From NCBI RefSeq assembly GCF_009914755.1, contig NC_060948.1: DNA of 64,000 nt, one strand, 5' to 3'. The position numbers and the translations under genes were made by a program. The notes beneath the pieces are model-generated. The model saw only the letters and a program-made list of their open reading frames with translations. It was not told the origin of the DNA and did no database searches. This document shows positions 12,777 through 29,534 of this stretch, piece after piece (the first letter of the stretch is position 1; each line of letters begins with the position of its first letter). The DNA is from the human T2T-CHM13v2.0 reference genome, Homo sapiens.

Positions 12777-14924
12777 TTCCCTGCTTCAGGAGTGGAAACC
12801 CTGACTGCTGTTGGGAAGATTGGGCATTGATCTTTCTGGTTAATTCCTGCTGGAGACAGGCATTGTGTGGGGAACAGAAGCTAGGATTCCTCCAGGAGAT
12901 GGTTTAAGGCACTCAGATGAAAGAAGTGTTTATGCCTGGTTCCATTTGCATTACCATTTGGAGCTTGATAGCTTCTAAGTGAAATGAAACAATTTGGGTT
13001 ACTAGTGGACATATGTTAAAATGAGACAAGAAGTGGGGAAAGACAGCATTAAAATCCTGAGGCTGTTGACATGCCCTGATAACTGGTGGCTATAACTATG
13101 CCTGTTAAGATTTTGGGTGCATGGGGCTAGGCTTTGTTGAGCTTCCTTGGTCTTACTTTCCCAAAATGGAAACGTCTGGATTATAGGTTACCTGGCAGCA
13201 TTTGTAGGATAATCGCCCTGAACTAGAACATTGTTCCAGATTTTTACGTTACATATCCCTTTCTGTTTCCTGTGAGCTGCAGCCAGAGATGGCTGGTTAG
13301 TTTACAGGAATAAGCAATGTTAGTTTAAAATGTAGGCAGGAATGTAAAAACTACTAACGAAACTAGAAGTCAATGACAGATATGTGATAAGTTTGGAACA
13401 TAATTTCCCTTTTTTCAGTGCTCATTTCTGTTAAAAACAAATTCCAGTCCTCATTTCTGTTAAAAACAAATAAGATTGAGTTGTTTGCAAAATAGACTTT
13501 AGTTTTAAAGTTGGTCTGAGATTTGCATAAAATGCAGGAAGAATAATTATTTTTACACAGGCCTTTTAGATAGGCTTTGATGGAACTTTCTTCCACAAGG
13601 ACTCTCAGATGGGACTTTGAAGCTGAGCCCAGCCACGGGTTTGTACCCTCAGATACCTGTGACTTAGGTAAACTTTTCTTTTCTTGAGGTTCCAAGAGCA
13701 TGGTGTTCCTAGGGCTGTGAGAAAGTGAAATTTGTTACTCACCGCAGGTTAGGAAGCTTATATGGAAGCTGTGTAGACAAGGTGTGAGGCCACTTTTCCC
13801 AAAGGGCTTTTATTGGCTCTGCAAGTCAAGACTGACTCCTTCAGTGGAAACAAACCCTCCAGTCAAAACCTTGGTAAAACAACCAGTTTTTCAAATTGTG
13901 TGCAAAATAAAATGGATTCTTACTGCACTGACGCAAACAACCATATTATAAGTCAAGAATACTTACAACAAGTATCTGAATTTTAAAGGAACCAGGCAGA
14001 AAGAAACAAACATGCTCTAAACCTTGTTCACAAGAGTATACCTTACTCAGTTGTTAGTCTGTAGCTAGCTCAAGACAAGTTTCCTTGACTCTGAAAAACA
14101 AAATAAGGATCAGCACTGTTGTAAGCATAAACCAAAAAGATTGCTTTAGTTTTCTATTAGTTCAGTCCATTCTGTTAACTATTGTTCTGCTTGATATTTG
14201 TAAACATTTCAGCTTTTCGTAAGTCCTGTACATTTTTCTGTTATGAGAAACCTGCATTTGAGAGCACCTGTTAAAGTTCCATAGCTGATTATAAACTATT
14301 TTTTTGAAGAAGATTCAAGCAAGACAACAATTGTCTGTAAAGACAAAATGTCCAAGGTGGTTACAGTCAAGAACATGATTGACAAATGTGATTATTTCCA
14401 TGACTTAAAATAACTCAACATAACAACCTTAATTGCAATTAACAGCACATACTCTGGGCCTAGAATCTTGGATATCCCATACGGTTATCCCATCAGCCTT
14501 TATTATTATATGGAAATCCTGTTGAAGAGAGAAAGTTAAAATTTCACCCTTGCATTAGTTTACTATTAATTTATTTAGCCTCAGTTTTTAATGAAACATT
14601 GTAGGCACTCCTATTCAATTTTAACCAGTTTGACCATGAGGTGAGATTTTTGCAAACCTGTTATAACCCTTTACAAGTTTTGCTAAAGAGCAGATTGGGA
14701 TCTTAGGAATACCTTGTTGTGCTTTTATTTCAATATTTAATTTACAGAAAAAAACAAATACCCTTTTTAATTTAGTTAATATGTTCATACACAGTTTCCT
14801 TTGTAAGATTAAGTTTTGCAATCTTTTTCAGTTTGCTTAAACCTTCCAGTTTATCTAATTTAAGACAGTCCTTTATTCTTAGGCACAATGTACATTTCCT
14901 TGCTTTCTTATAATCTTTTACTAA

Positions 14925-15309
<385 letters not shown>

Positions 15310-16145
15310 CAGAATGTTTTTATTTTTAAAGATGAAAGTCATGTGAACTGAAAGGTACCACAAGCTTTTGCTTTTTCTTTAAAAGTATTTAAGTGCTTAT
15401 TTACTTAGGCCAATTAATTAGAACTCTTTTTATAGACATCACATACATATCACATACATGACTACACAGACAGAAGAAGATCCAACAGCTTAGAGTGGAG
15501 CCCTTTTAAGAGCAGTCTAGGAATACAGTCTCCTGTGCCTAGTAAACAAGCATAGCTGGAAGACAAAGACAGATTAGAAGGACTTACCACCTCTAATTAC
15601 AGGGGTTGTATGAAGAAAACAGAAATTTCTCCCCAAATGAGATGTGTTGCACCTTATCTGTTTTCTCAAGGAGTCCTGGGCCACCAGAAGTCATTCTAGG
15701 GTCTTTCATGCATGCACCAAGAGTGGCAAGACAGAGTGAAAAAAGTTGACTGAAGAAGAACCTTTTGCAGAAAAACAAGATCTATGAAAAGAAAAACACC
15801 AGGGCCTTTTAAATACACCCATAGCTTAGAGACCCACTTTCAATTAAGTTGAGTGCTCTTTAAAAAAATTCTTTTTCATTAATTAAAACTTTACAGAGAA
15901 TGTAAATAGTGATTCTTACTTCTTTTACCAGTTTGCTTCACTTCCTGTTCACAGTCATATTCGGGTTCCCAGTTTTCTCTGGGAGAAAATGGCTGGACTT
16001 AGGCAAGGGCAGGTTTTCAACTGGACAGGAGATCCCTTTAGCAGCGAAGCTTGATATTTGAGGAGGCAATTTGTCTGTTAGCCAGAACCTTTCCTTGGAG
16101 GACAGCAGTTCTTCTATTTTGTGTGGGGTGGTAACAGTTAAATTA

Positions 16146-16533
<388 letters not shown>

Positions 16534-19252
16534 TTAGCCACCAAGTTAAGTTCCTTGCTTAAGTAACCCACTGGCTGTTGAGCCAGACCTCAAGCCTTAG
16601 TTAAAAATTCTAGGGCCATTCCTTTCTTTCCTGATACATAGAGACTGGATGCTTTCCCTGTGGGAAGACTGAGGGCTGGTGTTTTAAGTAAGGCTTATTT
16701 TAGCTGGTTAAAGGCTTTTTGAGTCTCAGGGTCCCAAGTTGTGGGGGTGAGTTTTAACTGTTTGAGTTTCTTTTATGAGGTAATATAAAGGGAGAGCCAT
16801 TTCCCTGTACTCAGGTATTCACAGTCTACAAAATCTGGTAATACCTATGAATCCCCTTAACTAGTAAAGAAAATAGACTCAATCCTTTCCTTACCTACTT
16901 CTCTGGTCCTTTCTGTTGAGACTAGACCTAGTGACTTTACTGAAGTCTGACAGAGCTGAGTGTTAGATTTTTAGACCCTATATCCACTTTAAGCTAAGAG
17001 ATTGAGGATAGCCTCAGTGCCTTCCTGAGACATCCTTAATTAGGGCACAGAGGAGAGGGTCATTTATACACTGCAAAGTTTTTACTTGAGGGTGAGAAAA
17101 ACTAGATTTTTCAACAGAGTGTTTCATTAATTTCCTTCCCATTTTAGGAGCTGCCTGAGTAATAAACCAGCAGAGAAGGAGGTGTGTTTCACTAAAGCTT
17201 TTCTCATCCTTTCCAAAAATGCTGAAGGATTTTCATCTAGTTTTTGATCTATCTTGGAAACCTTAGAGCAGTTAATAGGTTTGGCTCTAATCCCCTGCAA
17301 GTCCTTCAGCATACACATTTGTAAAAGTTTCCATCTCCATTTTCTGATGTTATCATCATAGTCCCATTTAGAGTTCTTTAAGGTCACTGGTACTTTTCTC
17401 ATGGCTTTCCCTTCCCTGGAACATCCTTCATGGAGAATTTAAATACTTGGCTTACATCCTGGAAGGCCTTTATATGTGAGTGAAATTGGGGCTTTCCCAG
17501 AGTGAACTTTAGGGTCTGAGGATTAAAGGAGAACCAGTCTGCAATCAAGGGGATTGCAGGTGTGAGGATGGGGTATTATATATCTAGAAAAGAGACAAGA
17601 GAAGAGGCATCCCTCAGTCTCTTCAGTGACCCAGAGTGGAGAGGAAGACAGTGAGAGCAGCACCCCCACCCACTGCCAACTGTTTTCCCTCTTTGGTTAC
17701 TGTGTCCCAGCACCATGTTGAATGTGCCACCCCCAAACCGTGATACCAGAGGAGCATAGCAGTGGGGTTAGTCATGCTTACCCATGTGGCCTTAGTGCTC
17801 TGCTGGTGATAACCCTTTGACCTCCTAGACTTGTGTGGTCTGTGTGACTCCTTGATGGATGGGTGTGTATAGTATGCTGGTAAGAGTTTTAGATTTACTT
17901 TTTTCATGTGAATATTCAGTTGTCCAAGGAGCATTTGTTAAAAGATTGTTGGGAATATTGTTCAGCATCTTTGTCGAAAATAAGTCAATCATAGATGGAA
18001 GTGTTTACAAGCTTTATGTTCTGTTTCATTGTTTGGATATATCTGTCGTGAAACCAGAATTGCATTGCATTGATTTGCAGCTTTATAGAACATTTACAAA
18101 TTATGAAGCGACAGTTCTTCAATTGTGTTATCTTTTAAGATTGTTTTGGCTATTCTAGGTCCCTTGAACTTCCATATTGGTTTTAGCATTAGCTTGTTGA
18201 TTTTTGCAAAGACATTAGCTGGAATTTTGATAAACCTTATTCAGTTTGTATTGTACTACCATCTTAACAGCATTAGTCTTCCAATCAGGGAACATACAAT
18301 GTCTTTCCATTTATTTAGGGATGTCTTTCCGTTTATTTGGGTCTATCTTACTTTTGTTCAGCAATTTTTTTTTTTTAGTTTTCAGTTCAACTGTGCTAAA
18401 GTGATACCAAAAGAATTTTTTGTTTTTGTTGTGAATATAAATGGAAGTTTTCCTAATTTCATTTTGGATTTTTTAACATCTAATGTAAAGAAACATGTAT
18501 CTTGTATGTAGAAATACAGTTGATATTTGTTTATTGATCTTGCATACTGAAACTCTGTTACATTTCTTTCTTGTAGTAGTTTGTTATTGACTCTTAAATT
18601 TTTCTATGTATGGCATCATATTGTTTGCAATACAGTTAGTTTTACTTGTTCTTTTCCAATTATATAACTTCTCCTTCTGGCCTGATTTCCCTAACAAGAA
18701 CTTCTAGTACAATGTTAAAAGTAATGGTGAGAACAGTCATTTTTGTCTTGTTTCTGATTGTAGTTGGCAAGCTTTCCATTTTTCAGCATAAAATACAATG
18801 TAAAAAGGAGGGCTTTTGTAGATGCCTTTTATTGGGTTTAGGAAGTTCTCTTCAAATCCTAGTTTATTGAGTATTTTTATCATGAAAGGATATTGGATTT
18901 TATTAACTGTCTTGGTATATGGAGATGTTACATGTGTTTATGTCCTATTTTACATTAGTTGATTTTTGTATGTTCAGCCAGGTTTATACTTCTCGAATAA
19001 ATTATACTTGTCTTGGTGTATAATCTTTTTTTATATGTGTTGCTTCTTAAACTGCAATAAACGATACTTGTTATGATCTATAATCTTTTTATTTGTTGCT
19101 GGATTTTCTTTCTGTTTTGTTTAGGACATTTTTAGGTTTTTAAGAAACTGCCAAACTGTTTTCCAGAATGACTAACCTTATTCATTTCTACCCATAGTTT
19201 ATGAATATGAATAATCCAGTTTCTCCACATTCTTTCTACATTTTGGTATTGA

Positions 19253-19585
<333 letters not shown>

Positions 19586-20978
19586 CCAGTGACACTATTT
19601 TTTAAACTTGTTTTATTCTGACAGGTGTGCAGTGAAATCCCATTAATGGTTTTAATTTACATTATCCTAATGACTAATGATGTTGAAGATCTTTCATATA
19701 TTTAGTTTCTATGTGGAGTTTTTGGTGAAATGCCTTTTTATGTTTTTTGTTCATTTGCTAATTTAAGTTTGTTATTACTGAGTTCTTTATGTAATCTAGA
19801 TGATAGTCATTTATTAGAAACACAGTTAGCAAATATTTTCAAACAGTCTATAGCATATCTTTTTGTCCGCTTTAACAGGTGTTTTACCAGTTGAGTTTGT
19901 ATTCTGATGAGGTCCGACTTATTTTTTCTTAGAAATCATGCTTTTTTATGTCAAATTCTGAGCACTTATTGCCTACCCATAAATCCTATTTATTCTTATA
20001 TTGTTTCTCTAAAAGTTTTACTTATGTCATTCAGGTCTGATCCAGTTGAGTGATGCTTTCTTGCATTCTTTAGGTGTGAGACTTAGATCTAAACTTCTTT
20101 TTCTTCTCCCAGGTATTCCAGAACCATTTTGTGAAAGGCTGTCTTTCATTTTTAATTTATTATGTTGCTCTTGTACCTTTTTCAGAAATCAGTTGGTCAC
20201 ATTTGTGTGGGTTTATTTATACATTTTTTGTTTTCTTCATTGATCTTTGTTCCTGTGCCTCAGAATTGTGATTACTGCAAGTACATAATGTAGTATTAAA
20301 ATCAGGTAGACAGACTCATCCCAGTTTATCTTTTTTTCAAATTATTTAGTTGTTTTTAAATTTTGCTTACCGTAAAAATTTTAGATAATCTGATCTTCAT
20401 TTTAGATATCTGCTTCCCAGTAATAGGAGATACACTGTTTTAAATAGTAGTACGTAAATTCTGTATATCGGTTTGGGGAGAATTTTGGCATGGATTTTTG
20501 AGCCCCAGAATACTATATACCTCTTCATTGATTTAGACCTTTGAATTATTTATTCACACATACAAACCTTATACATGTTTGGTTAAATTTACAGTTAAAT
20601 GTTTATGTGTCTGGTTTTACTTTGAGTAATTGTGAATGTTTTTGATGCTGTGTTTATACATTTATTACTACTCCTGTATAGGTTTGATTTTTATATGTAT
20701 ATTCCATGTCCTGCAATCGTGTTAAAGTCCATGAGGCTTTTTTTTTCTCTTTGAGGATCCTTGCAATTTTCTTTTATATAGAAAATCATACCCCTGCACG
20801 TAGGAAGAATTTTGCATCTTCCTTCTCCTTGTGTGTGCCTGTTACTTCTTTTTCTTGCCTCATTATGTTGGTTAGAATTGCCAGTATAAAGCTCAATAGA
20901 AGTGGCTAGAGGGAGCAATTTAGTCTTGCTTTGATCTCATGGTAAGAAAACTATCAGTGTTTCATTGTTAATAACGTT

Positions 20979-21091
20979 AGCCTGGAGCAGTGGCTCACAC
21001 CTGTAATCCCAACACTTTGTGAAGTTACGGCAGGAGGATTGCCTCAGCCCAAGAGTTAGAAGCTACAGTGAGCCAAGATCTCACCCTGTCT
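20979..21091 (+). mobile_element. Alu monomer/fragment (FLAM or AluJ-like)
   Basis: agcctggagcagtggctcacacctgtaatcccaacactttg... Confidence 0.75.
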
Positions 21092-21261
21092 GTTTTAGAA
21101 CAGAAAAGCAAGTACAGAGGGAATAATGTTATCTCCCCCTTTTTTGTAGATGCCATTAATTGGTTTAAGAAAATTGCATTCCATTTTTGTTCTGAGACTC
21201 TTTGTCATGAATGGATGTTTTGCCAAGTGTTTTTTTCTGTATCTGTTGCTGTGATAGTGAG

Positions 21262-21539
21262 TTTTTTTTTTTAGACATGGTCTCACTCCGTCACCCAGGT
21301 GAGAGGGCAGTGGCGTGATCACAGTTCACTGCAGCTTTGACTTCCCGGGCCCAAGCTATCCTCCTCCCTCAGCGTCCTGAGTAGCTAGGACTAAGGGCAC
21401 ACCCTACCACACGAAGCTAACTTTTTTTCTAATTTTTATTTTTACAGAAGTGGGGTTTCACTGTCATGCCCAGGCTTGTCCTCCCAAACTTTCGCCTCCT
21501 GTCACTGGGATTACAGGTGTGAACAGCCATGTACAGCCC
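21262..21539 (-). mobile_element. AluJ-like
   Basis: gatcacagttcactgcagctttgacttcccgggcccaagctatcctcc. Confidence 0.85.
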
Positions 21540-22374
21540 AGTTTTTCTTTTCTACCCTTTTAATGTGGTGGATTACAGTGATTGTTTTTTGATTAGTTAG
21601 TTAGGCCTGTATCCCTGGAATAAACCATACTTAATCATATATCATTATTATTGTGTGTTTTTGACTTTCCTTTTCTAATAATTGTTAAGGAATTTTGCAT
21701 TCGTATTTCTGAGGGATGCAGTCTGTAGTTTTCTTTGTAATGTTCAGGTTTTGCAGTCAGAACATTACTTACTTTATAAAATATTGGGAAGTGTTTCTTC
21801 TTTTTTTCCTCACTGAAACTATCTGGTCTGGTGATTATTTTGGGGAGTTTTAACATTACAAATTTAGTTTTTCATAATAATTGTTCTTTTAAAATTGTTT
21901 ATATTGATTGAGTTCCTGTAATTTGTTTTTAAGAGATGTGATATATTTTGTCTAGGCTGTCAAATTATATATTATTTCTAGTGTTCCGTATTGTTTTTTG
22001 ATGTCAGCACAGTCTGCAGTCATAGCTGTTTTATTACTGATGTTAGTAATTTGTGTATTACCTTTAATAAGATTTTGTTTTACTCACTGCGCTAGAAGTT
22101 TAATTATACATCCTTTTGAAAAGACAAGTCTTTGTTTAATTAATTTTCTCTGTTGTTTCTTTTAAAGTTTATGGATTTTTGTTAATTCTTTAGTGTGTCC
22201 TTTATTCTGCTTTCTTCAAGCTTGTATTGCTCTTTTTTTGTAGTTTCCTAAAGTAGGAGTTAAGATGATTCACTTCAGCATTTCCTCTTATCTGTGTGTT
22301 TGGTGTTAGGAACTCCCATCTTCCACTATGTTTAAATGTTGCATATTTTATCCAAATTTTGCTTTTTTTGACAA

Positions 22375-22509
22375 GCATATATATGCAAACAGGCTTATGT
22401 ATATGTATATATATATATGCCTATATATATACATATATACCAGTATAATATACATATTATAAATATATAGATATACATGTTGCGTGTGTGTGTGTGTGTG
22501 TGTGTGTGT
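22375..22509. repeat. (TA)-rich low-complexity tract ending in (GT)13
   Basis: Read directly; GT run at 22484-22509. Confidence 0.9.
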
Positions 22510-22520
22510 ATGTATTCCTT

Positions 22521-22820
22521 CCAGACAGGGCCTCAATCTGTTCGCCCAGGCTGGAGTTTAGTGGTACAATCACACTCACTGCAGTCTCAGCCTCCCAGGT
22601 TCAAGCAATTCTCCCACCTCAGGCTTCCTGAGTAGCTCAGACTATAGGTATGAATCACTATGTCCAGCTAATTTTTAAATTTTTTTATAGAAATAAGTCT
22701 CACTGTGTTTTTTAGGCTGGGACTCAAACTTGCTTGGCCTTAAACTATTGGGCTCAAGTGATTCTCCTTCCTTGGCCTCTCAGAGTGGTGGATTACAGTC
22801 ATGAGCCACCATGCTTAGCC
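22521..22820 (-). mobile_element. AluJ-like
   Basis: Diverged Alu consensus. Confidence 0.85.
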
Positions 22821-23367
22821 TCAATTATATTAATTTCTGTGAAGATGACTCTTTGAGAACATAGAACTAGGACTTGAACAACAATTAATAGGAGGTTTTC
22901 ATGTCATCGTAATGTAATTGATTTATACTTTGATTCCTGTGTAATTATATGATTTTCATTCTTAAATTTCCTGAGGTTGGTTTTGTCACTGAAGAGGTGG
23001 TCTATCTTGTGTGTTTTCTTTTGTAGGAACTTTGAAAATAAGGTTTATCCTGCTGTTGTGTGGAGTGTTCTATAAATGTCAGTTAAATCCTGTTGGTTGA
23101 TACTTTCGTTGATATTTTTGCAAATTTTCTGTGTAGTTCTGTCGTTTGTTTAGAGAGGGTTGTTGATGTCTCTCTAATTATGATTTTGTCTCTTTTGCCT
23201 TTGATTATCTTAGTTTTTGCTTCATATATTTTGCAGTATACACATTTTGGTGTATACATGTTTAGAACTGCTGTGTCGTGTCTTGATGAAGTGATCCTTT
23301 TTCATTGTTTAGTGACCTATGACATTTTTTTCTTGTGCTGAAATCTATTTTAATCTCATTAAAATAG

Positions 23368-23740
<373 letters not shown>

Positions 23741-24398
23741 CTCACCTGCCTATTTTGTTACACTTAATAATACAAAGAATCCCTGCTACCCCTTGCTATC
23801 ATATTTTTATGTTCTGCTTATTCTCTTCTGTTTTTCATTTCTCTGTGTTTATTTTCCTGCCTTCTGGAGGGTTATTGGAATATTTTTTAAATTTCTGTAG
23901 CACATTACTGTGTCTGTTTATGTAACTTTAAAATCTTTGATAATTCTAACATCTGTCGTTTTTGTGTTGGCACCAGTCAATTCTTTTTTCATTCATGTTG
24001 ATGTCTTCCTGATTCTTGATATGTCAAGTAATACTCAGTGGAAACCCAGAGATATTCATATGTTGTTTGACTCAAGGAATATTGAAACTTCTGTTTTCCT
24101 TGATTTTTGTCTGGCAACACTCAGGCAAGGGAAGGGAGGGATACCCTTGGTTGTTACCACTTGGAAGTAGAACTCCAAGTTCCCTATACTGTCTTCCTTA
24201 ACACTCGAAGGGGGTGTTCCTTATTACTGCTATGTGGGGGGGAATTTCTGACCCCCTGTGTGGTCCACACTTCTAACTTCTACCATGGTGGGAGTGATGT
24301 TTTTTGCAACGGGCAGTGATGAAAGTTCTGATTCTCTTTTAGGCACCACTCCAGCAGAATCAGGCAGGTGCTGGCTCTTTGTTATTGTCAAGTGGAGT

Positions 24399-24477
24399 TA
24401 GAAATCCCAGCTCACTACTTGGCCTTCTTTATCTTCCATAGAAACCCCAGCTCACTAGTTGGCCTTCTTTATCTTCC
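24399..24477 (+). repeat. 40-bp tandem duplication (2 mismatches)
   Basis: tagaaa(t/c)cccagctcacta(c/g)ttggccttctttatcttcc x2. Confidence 0.93.
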
Positions 24478-25468
24478 CACAGATTTTGGCATGCTTGGTT
24501 ACAGCCTTAAGAACTTTAGGGTTTTCACTCAACTTTTTGTGGTATGCATGGGGAGTGAGTCATAGTTCTTTCTATAGTTTTTGCTTGGAGTAGGACATTT
24601 ATTTTCTAAGTTTTCAATTTGCATGTTTCCTGATCCATAGGCTATAGGGGTGGCTGTGGGGAGGGAGGGTGCTTTTCTTATCTGCACCTACTAATGTTGG
24701 CAGGTTGCTAGATCTTTTAGCTTCAAATCTGGAATATATGAAATAAAAGAAAATTCTGGGAATTCACTACCTTCTTGTTCCTTATATTTAGAAGTCTCTG
24801 TGAGGTCTACATTCTTCTCTTTACTTTTCAGGGACTATTTTCTTCCCTATTCTTTTCAGACTCCAAAGTTCGTGTTATGTATAATGTCCAGGAGTTTTGG
24901 TTGTATTTAATGGGAAGAATAATGAAACATCTGTTTTACCTTCACAAATCAAAATGATCTTAATTCTTTTCAGTGAGCATTTTATCTCCTACATGTAGAC
25001 AGCATTTGTTCATCATTTCTTTGTAAGTTGGAGGTTTTTGTTGTTTGGATTTTTTGGTCTGTAACATAATTTCTAATAAACATTTTTCACCTCTTATGTT
25101 TGCTTTTTGTTGTAAAATGTTTAATGAGGATTACTTAATCATCTGCTCTCTTTATGTATAACAGCATTTTTGTGTCAGGTATCCTTTGTTATTTTTTAAT
25201 TACGTAATTTTCAAGTTAAAAGTAACAAAGTTTATATTGGAAATAGAGGCTCTTTTTCCTGGAGTTGCAATTACTTTGTCTCGCGAGTACTATTTTGTTT
25301 CCTCTACTAACACCTTTGTTCAGATATGCTCTTGGGGTGTGTGTGTGTGCGCACACGCCCCTGTGTGTATGTGATGAATGTAGTTTATTCAAAGACTTAA
25401 AGCAGTGGTTAATGTAAACAAACGTAATAAATTATGTGGTATTTATATCATTTAAATACTTTCTTTAG

Positions 25469-25675
25469 GCAAGTTGGACAAATGCAAGTAAAAAGCAACG
25501 TGAAAAGCTCCTTGAGTTGATACGCCGTCTTGCAGAAGATGATAAAGATGGTGTGATGGCACACAAAGTGTTGAACCTTCTTTGGAACCTGGCTCAGAGT
25601 GATGATGTGCCTGTAGACATCATGGACCTTGCTCTTAGTGCCCACATAAAAATACTAGATTATAGTTGTTCCCAG
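25469..25675 (+). CDS. USP9Y: USP9Y coding exon (~12), 207 nt
   Basis: tctttag|GCAAGT ... TCCCAG|gtatgg; [28 protein letters not shown]...LDYSCSQ. Confidence 0.95.
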
Positions 25676-25734
25676 GTATGGGAGTGTTTCTTTGTTCAGT
25701 TTTCTGACTTTCCTTCACAAGTAGGATAACTTAG

Positions 25735-26062
<328 letters not shown>

Positions 26063-26782
26063 TGCCATTTTTTATTTCTAAAGTAATCTCGAGGAATTGG
26101 CATACTATTGTCGTATAAGCCTGGCTACCCGTTCTCCACCCTTGGGTTTTCCAGCCAGATTTTATATATCATTCACTAAGCATTTTTGCCTCACTGAGAC
26201 AAAGATGTTAATAGGTAGAACATATTACATTCATATTGTAACTAAATATGTAGTGCTAATACAGATCATAAAGATTTAAAAGCACTAAGTGACTTTAGAT
26301 GTATAAGGGTAATTACATTTTATTTGCTAGTAAGAAGTTAGTAAGATTAACAGAACATATTGGCTTCCCTATCAGCAAATCACAACAGCTTCCCAATGTT
26401 TAACCGATGTGCCTTATGCTACAAATTTTAAGTATTAAAACTTCACAAAACTCAATGAAATGCAGTAGCCACCATTCAGACAAATGTTTTAAAATCATAC
26501 TAACTGTAAATGTGCTGGTATTTGGGAACTGTGTCTTGGTACAGGTATTTCTGAATCATGGAACATTAAATTTATAGAAGCGCCTTACATTTTGGTGTTT
26601 TCTTTATAACTTCAAAATAATATATTTAGAGCATTTTGTTTGAACTCTTTTACAATTACATCATAAATTTGGTGATGCTAGGTTTAGAAGGTTTCCTATT
26701 TTATAAGTCTCAAAATAATTTTGAAGGTAGAATTACATTGAGTATTGATCCACTTACAGTATAAATTTTTTTCATGTATAAG

Positions 26783-26919
26783 GATCGAGATGCACAGAAG
26801 ATCCAGTGGATAGATCACTTTATAGAAGAACTTCGCACAAATGACAAGTGGGTAATTCCTGCTCTGAAACAAATAAGAGAAATTTGTAGTTTGTTTGGTG
26901 AAGCATCTCAAAATTTGAG
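26783..26919 (+). CDS. USP9Y: USP9Y coding exon (~13), 137 nt
   Basis: gtataag|GATCGA ... TTGAG|gtaaga; [45 protein letters not shown]. Confidence 0.94.
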
Positions 26920-27694
26920 GTAAGACTTTTTTAATAGAGAATTTTCTTATTTTTATCTGTATATTATGTTGGAAATGGTGTATGAAAGCAAATTTTAAAG
27001 AAAGAAAACCATGGTGGGAAAACAAGAAATTTCTAAGAGTTTGTTTACAACAAAATAAGGATACTTGATGATATTCAACTTTTTTGTATTTTATGACACA
27101 GATAGGTAAGTGATATATCCAATACTAAATAGCAATTAAGTATCATAGCGACATTACCGCCTTTCAGGTCTTAGTTCAGAATTGTCTCTGACTTCCAGCA
27201 GATGTATCAGATATTATGCCATGTGTTGTATTTATCTTACTCCTCATTTTACTCTATCCTTTCCACGGTTAACTCTGTCTTGGCTCAATATTCCTTGTAG
27301 TTACAAATAGTATTATTTGTTATTTATTTAATTGATTTAATCTAACATTTTTAACATTTGTAGGGGGGAACACCTCTTTCTTGAGTTTTAAAAATTAGAC
27401 TACAAAGTGATTTAAATTATAAAACATGACAAGACTGTTTAAAGATTTTTTTACTCATAATTTATTTTAGCTAGATTTTCTTTAATTTTAAATGTTTGGT
27501 GTTATATGTTAAATTGTGGTTATTTAAATAATTTATTTTATTTTATTGTAACATATTGAAAATTAATGAAATAAAAGGAAAAATAACATGGAGAAACCTG
27601 TGTTAGTTGAAGAAAATTCTCAGTGCAGTTAGGATTCCCAGTGATGAACTCCAGGCTTATCTAACTAGCTGTAATCTTAGAAAGATTCTCTCAT

Positions 27695-27987
<293 letters not shown>

Positions 27988-28760
27988 GATTGTCTCATGG
28001 TGTATGGACATTTGTCTTGTGTATCAGATGACGATTAATCAAGATGCTTTATAGCTTAGATTGATATAATTATGCCCCAAAGAGAGTTTTTGTGTTGATA
28101 GAAGCTTAAAATGCTATTTATGTTTTGTGATTTTTTTTCAAGTTGACTTTTGACTCTATTTTTCTAACGTTGGAAATATTACAGGAAATTTGAAAGTTTC
28201 ATGGGAATAAACACTGGAAAAAATACTTATGAAGGACACATTTTGATTATTTCTCTATCTATATCGTTTGTCTTTTATCAGACTTATCTATTTACTATAG
28301 ATAGATGCAGTACATACACTTTCTTAAGACTGGTGACCTCATTACCAGTAGATTAGTAACGATTGTGAGTTGATTGGTTTCGTCAATAATGACAAACTAG
28401 GAAGGAAAAGAGAACTATGTATTTTTTGTGATAACCCCAGGTAGAAGGGTGTGAACTCATTGTTCCAGAATGTACCTGGATGTCTGATATTCTTCATCAT
28501 GCAACACATGTGCTTTGATACTAATAGATACTTTTTATTTTTAAATAAGAATACTGAAATGGATATTTGGTTGGAGGCATGGATTATATTTTTTACAGGG
28601 TTTGATATTTTGTTAAGGGGAGGATATTGACCACATTTTGTTAAGAATGTATAGCATTAAAAATTTTTAAAGTAGTAGCTAGAATTTAGCTTCTGTAAAC
28701 TCTCTTAATTATAGCAATTTTCATGTGCCTTATTATACTGTTAAGTTCTTCTTATTTCAG

Positions 28761-28894
28761 TCAAACTCAGCGAAGTCCCCACATATTTTATCGCCATGAT
28801 TTAATCAACCAGCTTCAACAAAATCATGCTTTAGTTACTTTGGTAGCAGAAAACCTTGCAACCTACATGAATAGCATCAGATTGTATGCTGGAG
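28761..28894 (+). CDS. USP9Y: USP9Y coding exon (~14), 134 nt
   Basis: atttcag|TCAAACT ... GGAG|gtatgt; [25 protein letters not shown]...RLYAG. Confidence 0.95.
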
Positions 28895-29245
28895 GTATGT
28901 ATGATAAGCTAAAATTAACTATGGGGAATCAACTTTGTTTTGCTCTAAATGTTAATAACCTAAGAAATAACAACATTTATTTTTGAATGAGAAAAAATAG
29001 AAGTGGATTTATACTTCATATTGCATTCACTTAAGGAATATGATCTACTTGGTATCCCAAATCTTAGGCAACCTAAACTCTAGGCCACCTTTCCCAGTGT
29101 CTTTATTAAATGCATGTCTACTTACTCATCCTTCTTCTTGGTATCTTTTCTTTCATACCTGGGAGCTCTGCCTGTTAGTATCTATGGTAGGTTATAATTC
29201 TCTTGGGTCTCTTTGGTGTGTACTCAAGTCATTACGCTTTTGCTC

Positions 29246-29534
29246 TTTTTTTGAGGGGAACGGAGTCTCACTCTGTGGCCCAGGCCAAAGTGCAGTGGTA
29301 CAGTCTAAGTTCATTGCAGCATCTGCTTCTCCGGCCCAAGTGATCCTCCCACCTCAGTCTCCTGAGTAGCTAGGACCACAGGCACCCACCACTATGCCCT
29401 GCTGTTTCATATTTTTAGCAGAGACAGGGTTTCGCCATGTTGACCGGGCTGATCTTGAACTCCTGGGCTCAAGTGTTCCTCCTGCCTTGGCCTCCCAGAG
29501 TGCTGGGATTACAGGCTGAGCCACCATGCCCAGC
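29246..29534 (-). mobile_element. AluJ-like
   Basis: ctcctgggctcaagtgttcctcc. Confidence 0.88.

Noticed and set aside
17127-17402. gag-like ORF as a possible domesticated gene
   Set aside because: Short fragment in a frameshifted, stop-ridden provirus that lacks its 5' LTR.
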